A stretch of 24,356 nucleotides of DNA from Deltaproteobacteria bacterium ADurb.Bin026 (GTDB lineage Bacteria > Desulfobacterota > Syntrophorhabdia > Syntrophorhabdales > Syntrophorhabdaceae). A model generated the notes under the pieces. The model was not told where the DNA came from. It searched no databases and saw only the letters and a program-made list of their open reading frames with translations. The translations under genes and the position numbers were made by a program. Where the stretch lies: assembly GCA_002071245.1 (NCBI GenBank), contig MWEV01000010.1, positions 1-24,356 of the forward strand, in the 5' to 3' direction. The first letter of the stretch is position 1. Every line of letters begins with the position of its first letter. Shown here piece by piece: positions 17,072-24,356 of this stretch.

Positions 17072-17847
17072 AATTGATGCTCCAATCATTGCTCCAACAC
17101 CCTTTGACGAAAGGGCTTAACATAGATGACCCGGATACTACACGGCTTAGACGCAGTATTATTCAAAAAAAAATTTTTTTAAAAAAGATTTATGAGGAAT
17201 GGTATACGCTTCTCGATGATTCCTTACCAGCAGATCTTGCTGGCAGTATATTGGAGCTTGGTTCGGGAGCAGGATTTTTAAAGGAGATCATGCCGGATGC
17301 TATTACTTCTGAAATATTTTATGTTTCAGGAATTGATGTAGTGCTGGATGGGTGTGAATTACCTTTCAAAGAGGAAACATTATCCGGGATCCTTATGACC
17401 AATGTGTTTCATCACCTGACGGATATAAAAAGTTTTTTGAAGGAATCTAACCGTTGCGTGAGACAAGGTGGTATTATTGCAATGATTGAGCCATGGGTAA
17501 CCCCTTTATCCATGTGGGTATACAGGAATCTTCATCATGAGCCTTGCGAAATGGAGTCAAAAGAATGGGGTTTTCAAGGGAAAGGCCCACTGTCGTGTGC
17601 AAACAGTGCTTTAGCCTGGATTATTTTCCAGCGTGACAAAAAAATATTTGAATCCGAGTTTCCACAGTGGAAGATCCAAAAAATAGAACCAATAATGCCT
17701 TTTCTCTACTTAATATCTGGCGGTATTTCTCTAAGAAGCCTCCAACCGGGATGGAGCTATTGTTTTTGGCGCCGAGCGGAAAATATTTTTAAACCTGTAT
17801 GGAACAAAATGGCTATGTTTGCGCTTATTATATTAAGGAAGAATTGA
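17068..17847 (+). CDS. Class I SAM-dependent methyltransferase
   Basis: ILELGSGAGFLK, LPFKEETLSGILMTNVFHHL and GGIIAMIEPW. The start is moved from 17005 to ATG 17068, which gives an ATGA overlap with the upstream stop. Confidence 0.85.
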   Translation: MKLMLQSLLQHPLTKGLNIDDPDTTRLRRSIIQKKIFLKKIYEEWYTLLDDSLPADLAGSILELGSGAGFLKEIMPDAITSEIFYVSGIDVVLDGCELPFKEETLSGILMTNVFHHLTDIKSFLKESNRCVRQGGIIAMIEPWVTPLSMWVYRNLHHEPCEMESKEWGFQGKGPLSCANSALAWIIFQRDKKIFESEFPQWKIQKIEPIMPFLYLISGGISLRSLQPGWSYCFWRRAENIFKPVWNKMAMFALIILRKN

Positions 17848-17851
17848 AAAT

Positions 17852-19297
17852 ATGCAGAATATCGTACTCATAAACCCTTTTCCAGTGGGGCAAGGTCTCA
17901 ATGATGCCACGGTGGAGCCGCCGCTCGGTTTATGCTATATAGCGGCAGTTCTTGAGAAAAACAATTATGTTTGTTGTATTATAGATGCAAATGTAGAGCG
18001 CCTGAGTAACCGAGACATCATAAACAGGATAAAAGAGAGTCCTTCTGTCATAGGAATTTATCTTAATTCATTTCTTTTCAGTGTGTCTAAAGATTTATGT
18101 GCGGAAATCAGGAAAAAATTTCCAGACAGCCTAATACTTCTTGGCGGTCCCCTGGCAAGTACTATTCCAGAGGTTCTTTTAGACGAGTTTTTATGTGACG
18201 GGATCATAAAGGGAGAGGGCGAATATGCTGTTCTCGGAATTATGAATAATATTTCGGCAGGTAAGCCAGCATTTGATGAGACAATATCCGGTGCTGTTTA
18301 TAAGCTGAAAGATGGCAACATTCGTTACAACGATTTGAAGAGGATTGTTGATCTGGATGAACTACCTTTTCCTGCATTGCATTTGTTGCCCAAATTAAAG
18401 GCATATAAGTCAAGAAGTCGTAAAAAACCGATAGCTCCAATTATAACAAGCCGAGGATGTCCTTATGGGTGCAGCTTTTGCAGTAAAGATATCTTTGGGA
18501 GAAAGATTACCATGCGAAGCGCAAATAATGTCCTGGACGAGATAGATTTTCTAGTTGCGAAGTACGGAGTCAAGCAAATAGATATTCTCGATGACAATTT
18601 TGCCCAGAACAGGCAGCGTCTTATCGATATCTTGGATGGTATAATTGTACGCAATTATAACCTTGCTATCAATCTTCAGTCAGGTGTGCGTATCGAGAAT
18701 ATCGATGAAGAAATATTGGTAAAGATGAAGCAAGCAGGGGTTTATAAGATTGCTTTTGGTGTTGAGACCGCTGATGAGAAGTTGCTTGAAATACATAATA
18801 AAAAGCTGAATCTGAAGAAAATGGAAGAGGTTGTCTCTTTATCTAAAAGGTTAGGTTTTTTAACTTACGGTTTTTTTATAATAGGTCTTTTGGGAGAAAC
18901 CGATAAAGAATTTGATCAGACGATGAGATTTGCCAAAAAAATTGATTTTGATGTAGCTAATTTTTGTATGGCCATACCATTTGTGGGTACCGATCTATTT
19001 AGAATGGTTGAGGCAGAGGGCAAGTTTTTGATCGACACAAGAAAAAATATTGACTCAGGGTTTTATGACGGTAGGGTATTCTATGAATACGGAAATCAAA
19101 AGGGGGAGGATATTCTTGCAAGGTATAATCGTGCGTATAAAGAGTTCTATTCAATAGGAAAAAAGATAAAGGTTTTTCTTGCAATACGCTCTTTCAGTGA
19201 ATTGGCCTGGCTTATTGATGCAGTCTGGTTTGTTATTAAAGGTATGATAAAAAAACGTCAAGCAAAAGTTAAACCGGATATAAGGTCAAGGGATTGA
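17852..19297 (+). CDS. Cobalamin-binding radical SAM protein (class B-like), copy 1
   Basis: N-terminal B12-binding-type domain (PPLGLCYIAA...LLGGPLAS...KGEGE), CxxxCxxC in RGCPYGCSFC (18458-18481), DDNF, GVET and FIIGLLGET. Confidence 0.88.
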   Translation: MQNIVLINPFPVGQGLNDATVEPPLGLCYIAAVLEKNNYVCCIIDANVERLSNRDIINRIKESPSVIGIYLNSFLFSVSKDLCAEIRKKFPDSLILLGGPLASTIPEVLLDEFLCDGIIKGEGEYAVLGIMNNISAGKPAFDETISGAVYKLKDGNIRYNDLKRIVDLDELPFPALHLLPKLKAYKSRSRKKPIAPIITSRGCPYGCSFCSKDIFGRKITMRSANNVLDEIDFLVAKYGVKQIDILDDNFAQNRQRLIDILDGIIVRNYNLAINLQSGVRIENIDEEILVKMKQAGVYKIAFGVETADEKLLEIHNKKLNLKKMEEVVSLSKRLGFLTYGFFIIGLLGETDKEFDQTMRFAKKIDFDVANFCMAIPFVGTDLFRMVEAEGKFLIDTRKNIDSGFYDGRVFYEYGNQKGEDILARYNRAYKEFYSIGKKIKVFLAIRSFSELAWLIDAVWFVIKGMIKKRQAKVKPDIRSRD

Positions 19298-19300
19298 AGT

Positions 19301-20299
19301 TTGTTGAATAAAAAACATTGGCTTGCTATAGCTGGATTTGGCATCAGTCTTGTCTTTTTGTTTTTGATATTCTCCAGGATAGATTGGATTGTATTCCTTG
19401 ATACTCTGGAGAGGATATATGTGCCGTGGTTGTTTATTGCTTTAGCTTTTACCGCGATAGCAATTATGGGACGTGCATTGAGATGGAACCTGATTACCGG
19501 ATTAAAGATAAACCATTATCCTTATTTCTGGAGAGCTGCAAGCATAGGTTATCTCGGTAATATTATTTATCCGGTTAGGACTGGAGAAATTCTGCGTATA
19601 TACACAATAAGCCGTTCTGCAAAGATTCCTATGGGTCAGGCAATATCGAGCGTAATAGTGGACAGAATTGCTGATGGGATATCTATGGGATTATTTATGC
19701 TGTTGGTGATTGCTCAAAACAGTATTAATGTTCTGGGAGGTAAAGCGGTTACATGCGTAATTGGCTTATTTGCAGTTAGTACCATCTTAGTCGTAGTGTT
19801 TGTTCATTGGGGGGATAAGGGCCGGAACTTGATCATGGGGTTGGGAGACGGTAGATTCTATCGTCTGAAACAAAAACTACTTTTATGGTATAATCAGGCA
19901 TTTGAGGGCATGCAGGTTCTGCGCAACAAAAAGCGGATTGTTGCAATAGGTTTTTTGGGTATGTTTATTTTCATTATAGACTCAATAGTTGTGTGGTTTA
20001 TCATAATGGCTTTCGGATGGCAATTACCATTTTTTGCTGCAATAACCCTTGCCGTGTTTATTGAGGCAGGAAGTTCTTTGCCATCTGCACCAGGTTATAT
20101 TGGGATATTCCAGATTGCCTGTGTTCTTGCGTTAAAAATATATTCTGTTGATGAATCAAGCGCTGTGGCCTTTTCTGTTGTATTCCAACTGCTTACCTTT
20201 ACATTGATTTTTTTTCAGGGTATCTTGGCGGCTATTCAAAATTCTTTCGGAATATTATCTGCAATGAGAGTTGTGTCTAGAAAAGTACCAACTGAATGA
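19301..20299 (+). CDS. Stand-alone LPG-synthase transmembrane-domain (UPF0104/AglD2-like) protein; putative flippase
   Basis: All-membrane 332-aa protein with RALRWNLI, IGYLGNIIYPVRTGEILR, SVIVDRIADG and LPSAPGYIGIFQ. It has no MprF synthase domain. The start is TTG 19301 or 19304. Confidence 0.82.
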   Translation: MLNKKHWLAIAGFGISLVFLFLIFSRIDWIVFLDTLERIYVPWLFIALAFTAIAIMGRALRWNLITGLKINHYPYFWRAASIGYLGNIIYPVRTGEILRIYTISRSAKIPMGQAISSVIVDRIADGISMGLFMLLVIAQNSINVLGGKAVTCVIGLFAVSTILVVVFVHWGDKGRNLIMGLGDGRFYRLKQKLLLWYNQAFEGMQVLRNKKRIVAIGFLGMFIFIIDSIVVWFIIMAFGWQLPFFAAITLAVFIEAGSSLPSAPGYIGIFQIACVLALKIYSVDESSAVAFSVVFQLLTFTLIFFQGILAAIQNSFGILSAMRVVSRKVPTE

Positions 20300-20347
20300 C
20301 CTTTTAATATCTTTGACCAATTATATTTTGTATAGAGGCGATTGAAT

Positions 20348-22258
20348 ATGTGTGGAATAGTTGGGTTTTGCTCATATCGCAGTGACAAGTTGATTAGCAA
20401 AGACATGCTGTATACAATGACAAATTCTATGTCGCATAGAGGACCTGATGATTCAGGATGTGTCTTGTTGGAAAAAGAAAACAATATCTTTTACCCATTC
20501 AAAAACATGGCTGATGCGACCAAAATTGATAGTGGCATTGTGGGGCTTGGCCACAGGCGACTCAGTATCATTGATCTCTCAAATCGAGGACATCAGCCTA
20601 TGTCAGATGAGTTGAATCTTGTGTGGCTGATATATAACGGGGAGGTTTATAATTACATAGAATTAAGAGAAGAGCTTAAAGACAAAGGATACAAATTTAA
20701 TTCTACAACCGATTCCGAGGTTGTGTTGAAGAGCTATCTTGAATGGGGTGCTGATTGTTTTCGAAGATTCAACGGTATGTGGGCTATTGGTATCTATGAT
20801 ATGAGAACCGGCAACATTATACTGTCAAGGGATCGTTTTGGGAAGAAGCCCCTTTATTATTTTAAGAATAGTGATTTTTTGCTCTTTGCATCTGAGATTA
20901 AGGCAATATTGATGCATCCTGCTGTAAGCAAAGCGATGAATATGAAGAAAGTGGCTGATTATGCAGGTCGTCATTATAGATATGTTGATTGTGATAATGA
21001 GAGTTTTTTTAAAGATATATTTCAAGTTCCCAAAAGCACGTACATGATTTTTCAGAAAACAGGTGACATCTCAGTTCATAAATATTGGGATCTTAAAGAG
21101 GTGTTGTTGCTAAGAGTTGCAATGTCCGAAGGTGAAACTGTGGAACAGTTCAGGTGGCTTCTGAAAGATGCGGTGAAAATACGTCTGAGAAGCGATGTCC
21201 CTGTAGGATGTATGCTGAGTGGGGGGCTCGACTCTGGTTCGATAACGTGCGTTGCCGCCTCACAGAATAATGATTTTATAACATTCTCAGGAATCACAGG
21301 GGAAGGATATTATGATGAATCTGAATACATCAAAGAAGTCATAAAACATACCGGTGTTAAATCGAGATTTATTTACCCTGACGCTAGTGCATTGTTCCCC
21401 ACGCTAAAAGAGATGCTCAATTTTCATGACGAACCGGTATGCACGGTTACGTGGTATTTAAACTATATTATCACCAGGCAAATTTCTCAATATCATGTGC
21501 CCGTTGTTCTGACGGGACATGGCGGAGACGAACTACTTGCCGGCTATTGGGATCATTACCATTATAATTTCAGTGACATGCGGATGAATGGTGAAGACGA
21601 CTCTGGGGAATTTAACCTATGGCTGCATAATCATAATCGTCCGGTAAACGAATACGATAGAGAAAGGGAATATATAGAAAAACTTCGCAACAACAGCAAC
21701 ATGGAAGTGGATAAATACTCACAATATCTTTCTGCCCTTTCGCCTGGTATGCTTCAATATCCAATTAGCAGCATTTTTTATTCCCCATTCAAAGGGGATC
21801 TTGTACGACGTTTATATCTTGAACTGTTTTATGAAACCGTTCCCCCTTCTTTGAGGGCTGAAGACCGCAACATGATGGCGTTTTCAATAGAGAACCGCTT
21901 ACCATTCCTGGATTACCGGCTGGCTGAATTTTCATTCAAGCTTGATAATAAATATAAAATCAGGGACGGCCTAGGAAAATGGCTTCTGCGTGAGGCAATG
22001 AAGGGGATTATGCCTGACAAGGTAAGGCTCAGGAAGGATAAAACGGGCTTTAATGCGCCTTTCGATGAATGGATAAGAAATGAAAACAAAAAACAACTTG
22101 AGGATGTTATTTCTTCAAAATCTTTTATGAATACAGAAGTATACTCAATCAACAGGGTAAAAGACCTTTTTGATGAACACATGAACGGCAGAAACCATTA
22201 TATGTTTTTCTGGCAATATATAAATCTTAATCTTTGGTATGAGCAGTATTTTAAATAA
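20348..22258 (+). CDS. asnB: AsnB-family glutamine-hydrolysing amidotransferase, copy 2
   Basis: The start is set at ATG 20348 to give the Ntn N-terminus MCGIVG. Motifs HRGPD, GHRRLSIID, NGEVYNY, RDRFGKKPLYY, LSGGLDS, GHGGDELLAGY and ENRLPFLD. Confidence 0.9.
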   Translation: MCGIVGFCSYRSDKLISKDMLYTMTNSMSHRGPDDSGCVLLEKENNIFYPFKNMADATKIDSGIVGLGHRRLSIIDLSNRGHQPMSDELNLVWLIYNGEVYNYIELREELKDKGYKFNSTTDSEVVLKSYLEWGADCFRRFNGMWAIGIYDMRTGNIILSRDRFGKKPLYYFKNSDFLLFASEIKAILMHPAVSKAMNMKKVADYAGRHYRYVDCDNESFFKDIFQVPKSTYMIFQKTGDISVHKYWDLKEVLLLRVAMSEGETVEQFRWLLKDAVKIRLRSDVPVGCMLSGGLDSGSITCVAASQNNDFITFSGITGEGYYDESEYIKEVIKHTGVKSRFIYPDASALFPTLKEMLNFHDEPVCTVTWYLNYIITRQISQYHVPVVLTGHGGDELLAGYWDHYHYNFSDMRMNGEDDSGEFNLWLHNHNRPVNEYDREREYIEKLRNNSNMEVDKYSQYLSALSPGMLQYPISSIFYSPFKGDLVRRLYLELFYETVPPSLRAEDRNMMAFSIENRLPFLDYRLAEFSFKLDNKYKIRDGLGKWLLREAMKGIMPDKVRLRKDKTGFNAPFDEWIRNENKKQLEDVISSKSFMNTEVYSINRVKDLFDEHMNGRNHYMFFWQYINLNLWYEQYFK

Positions 22259-22299
22259 CCTTGCATATGTACTCGGCAAGGGATTGGCAGGTCAGAGAA

Positions 22300-23673
22300 A
22301 TGAGAATTGTATTTATTAACCCTTCACTTCGTCCGGATGCAAAAAGGAGACAATTACCCGTTGGACTTGCATATATAATGACGGCAGTCAAAAGGGCTGG
22401 TTTTGAGTTTGATTTGATTGATATGGATATTAATGACCTGTCGATGCAGGACCTCGAGGATATGCTTGGCAAGACAATGTACGATGTCTATGCTTTTGGA
22501 TGTATAGTTACGGGGTTTAGGCTTGTGAGACAGATCGCAGAGATTATAAAAACCGTGAATCCAGTATCGACTGTTATTGCAGGAAATTCTGTAGCAACAT
22601 CAGTGCCGGAGATCCTTCTGCAAAACACAAAGGTTGATATAGCGGTGATGGGCGAAGGAGATGTCACCATTGTGGAATTACTCAAGGCTATTGAAAACGG
22701 TAAAAATATTGAAGAAGTTCAGGGAATTGCCTTTAATAGAAATGGAAAGATAGTTTATACGCTTAAGCGTTCTGTTATACCTAAACTTGATGATATAGGG
22801 TTTCCAGACTGGGAACTGTTTGATCTGGATAAATACTATGAGTATTCAACAGCGAATGTTAATGTTTTTTCCAGAGATAATGTCATCTCGTTCCCACTCA
22901 ATTCTGCCAGGGGATGTCCTTACAGATGTACATTCTGTTATCATGTGTTTAAAGGTGAAAAATACAGGAAATATTCCGCTGGAAAGATTGTCGAAGAAAT
23001 TAATAGACTCCACAATAAATACAACTGCGATTTTATATCTTTTTGGGATGAACTAACCTTTCCCAGCATCAAAAGCGTTGAATTACTGGTAGATGAATTG
23101 AACGGACTCGATTTTCAATTCAGTTGGGATGCCCCTGTTAGGGGGGATTTGTTGAAAATGGAGCATGTCGGATTGATACGAGAACTGAAAAACGTTGGCT
23201 GTGATAATCTGGCATTTTCACTAGAGAGTGCAAGCCCTGAAATACTTATTGCCATGAATAAGAAATTGCGTGTATCACAATTTGTTGAACAGGCAAAAGC
23301 CCTATGGGAAGGAGGCGTGACCCCACTAACCAGTATTGTCTTTGGGTATCCGCAGGAGACACCGGAAACGATAAAGCGTACTCTTGATGTATGTGAAGAA
23401 TGCAATATTTACCCGAGTGTAGGTTTTTTGCTGCCCTTACCAGGTACACCCATATATGAATGGGCAAAGGATAAAGGGCATATCAATGATGAAATTGAAT
23501 ATCTTTCAAGGATAGGTGATAGGCAGGATTTCCATATCAATCTGACGTCAATGTCGGATGATGAATTTGTTGACTTGGTAACAAATGGCCTGCAAGAGCT
23601 TGCGAGAAAATTGGGGCTTCAGCTCGAATCGGTTTACAAAACAGGTACTTATAAAGCGCCCGAAAAGAGATGA
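22300..23673 (+). CDS. Cobalamin-binding radical SAM protein (class B-like), copy 2
   Basis: MRIVFINP...LPVGLAYIMTAV...AGNSVAT...MGEGD (B12-binding-type domain), CxxxCxxC in RGCPYRCTFC (22915-22938), WDELT, SLES and IVFGYPQET. The start is moved from 22261 to ATG 22300. Confidence 0.88.
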   Translation: MRIVFINPSLRPDAKRRQLPVGLAYIMTAVKRAGFEFDLIDMDINDLSMQDLEDMLGKTMYDVYAFGCIVTGFRLVRQIAEIIKTVNPVSTVIAGNSVATSVPEILLQNTKVDIAVMGEGDVTIVELLKAIENGKNIEEVQGIAFNRNGKIVYTLKRSVIPKLDDIGFPDWELFDLDKYYEYSTANVNVFSRDNVISFPLNSARGCPYRCTFCYHVFKGEKYRKYSAGKIVEEINRLHNKYNCDFISFWDELTFPSIKSVELLVDELNGLDFQFSWDAPVRGDLLKMEHVGLIRELKNVGCDNLAFSLESASPEILIAMNKKLRVSQFVEQAKALWEGGVTPLTSIVFGYPQETPETIKRTLDVCEECNIYPSVGFLLPLPGTPIYEWAKDKGHINDEIEYLSRIGDRQDFHINLTSMSDDEFVDLVTNGLQELARKLGLQLESVYKTGTYKAPEKR

Positions 23674-24356
23674 AAAAGGCTATAATACTCAATTCGGTTG
23701 AAGATGCTGTCCATTGTATCGAAAATGGTTTAGCTTCCGGTTGCATTCTTTTTTCTACTCACTCAGGTATAGATGTTTATTTAAAAGAAAATTATGGCTT
23801 GAACTGTCGGTGCCTGAGTTCTTTTTTAAGTGATGATAAAACCATTTTGAATAAAAGCTATGTTGCTGAATTTATAGATAATCTATTAGACGATCTGGAT
23901 AAAAATGTATCTATCGAAATCAACAGACAAATAAAAACTGAAATGAAATGGTTTGCCCCACTTTATTCATATATTGGGAAGCAACACTATCTTGGATATA
24001 TATCTTTTGCAGCAGCAGTAAGGAATGCGATAGATAGCAACAGACTTGAAAGTATAGCTGCATACAACAGGAAACTGGATTTCTATCTTGATACTGGCTC
24101 TGATATTTACACTTTGCTGCATACCAAATTCGACAATATGCAGATTGAGTTTATTAAATTAGATGTGCATGAAAAAGATACCATTAACAAAACCCTTTGG
24201 AGAAAGATAATTCAAAACAATCCTCTCTATTCAATTGCCAAAGGCAAGGAATACCTTTTTGATTTTTTAAGGCAATATGGATTTTCCGGGAAAAGGAGGA
24301 CTGTTTTTACAGATGAACTTTCTTATAATTTAAAGTTCTTAAAGCAATATTTAAAC
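23670..24356 (+). CDS. Hypothetical protein, 3'-truncated by the window edge (absent from the supplied ORF track)
   Basis: ATGA overlap with the radical SAM stop. Manual translation (MKKAIILNSVEDAVHCIENGLASGCILFSTHSGIDVYLKENYG...) stays open for 229 codons to the window end. No family recognised. Confidence 0.75.
   Translation, partial: MKKAIILNSVEDAVHCIENGLASGCILFSTHSGIDVYLKENYGLNCRCLSSFLSDDKTILNKSYVAEFIDNLLDDLDKNVSIEINRQIKTEMKWFAPLYSYIGKQHYLGYISFAAAVRNAIDSNRLESIAAYNRKLDFYLDTGSDIYTLLHTKFDNMQIEFIKLDVHEKDTINKTLWRKIIQNNPLYSIAKGKEYLFDFLRQYGFSGKRRTVFTDELSYNLKFLKQYLN

Noticed and set aside
19301-20299. mprF lysyl-phosphatidylglycerol synthase
   Set aside because: Only the membrane domain is present; the aminoacyl-tRNA-dependent synthase domain is absent.
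20313-20336. Possible internal sigma70 promoter (TTGACC ... TATAGA) before asnB-2
   Set aside because: The spacer is only 12 nt, and such hexamers are common in AT-rich DNA.
2-23673. Secreted aminoglycoside- or nucleoside-antibiotic cluster (heptose pathway, TobZ-like, GenK-like and PLP enzymes)
   Set aside because: No cyclitol synthase, nucleoside-forming enzyme, resistance gene, exporter or regulator is in the window, while YfhO-like, DPM1-like and flippase-like genes point to envelope glycosylation. It is less likely rather than excluded, because the locus is truncated.
7998-23673. Phage-type DNA hypermodification cluster (carbamoyltransferase, amidotransferases, GTs)
   Set aside because: No thymidylate-synthase-like, TET/JBP, nucleotide kinase or phage genes are present, and large membrane GT-C-like proteins dominate.
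215-23746. Numerous 60-180 aa minus-strand and alternate-frame ORFs (for example 15542-16075, 11753-12100, 723-1061)
   Set aside because: They lie entirely or almost entirely within well-supported + strand genes, have no motifs or SD sites, and look like shadow ORFs.
1-24356. JUMPstart/ops element, terminators, IS ends, tRNA or CRISPR
   Set aside because: Intergenic gaps are under 50 nt, and I saw no ops-like motif, GC hairpin with U-tract, inverted repeat or spaced repeat array.

Overview
This is one continuous + strand, AT-rich, operon-like locus of 20 genes for cell-surface glycan biosynthesis and modification, and it runs off both window ends. It opens with a complete GDP-D-glycero-alpha-D-manno-heptose pathway (gmhA, gmhB, hddA, hddC). 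Inserted in that pathway is a DegT-family PLP enzyme with His in place of the catalytic Lys and an extra Cys-rich loop, so it is more likely a sugar deoxygenase (3-dehydratase) than an aminotransferase. The rest falls into two parallel blocks. Each begins with a ~850-aa YfhO-like (GT-C type) membrane protein and contains a DPM1-like GT2, a candidate lipid-carrier flippase (DedA/TVP38 in block 1, an LPG-synthase-TM-type protein in block 2) and an AsnB-type amidotransferase. Block 1 adds a NodU/CmcH carbamoyltransferase, a WbpG/WbuX-type N-acetyl-sugar amidotransferase and a small unknown protein. Block 2 adds SAM methyltransferase domains and two cobalamin-binding radical SAM enzymes. My best inference is a doubled GtrABC/ArnCET/CsbB-GtcA-YfhO-like system that places heavily tailored sugars, possibly heptose-derived, on an extracytoplasmic acceptor. 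I saw no RNA genes, mobile elements, CRISPR arrays or convincing promoters or terminators. All family calls come from motif recognition by eye; no searches were run, and the host organism cannot be determined from this window.
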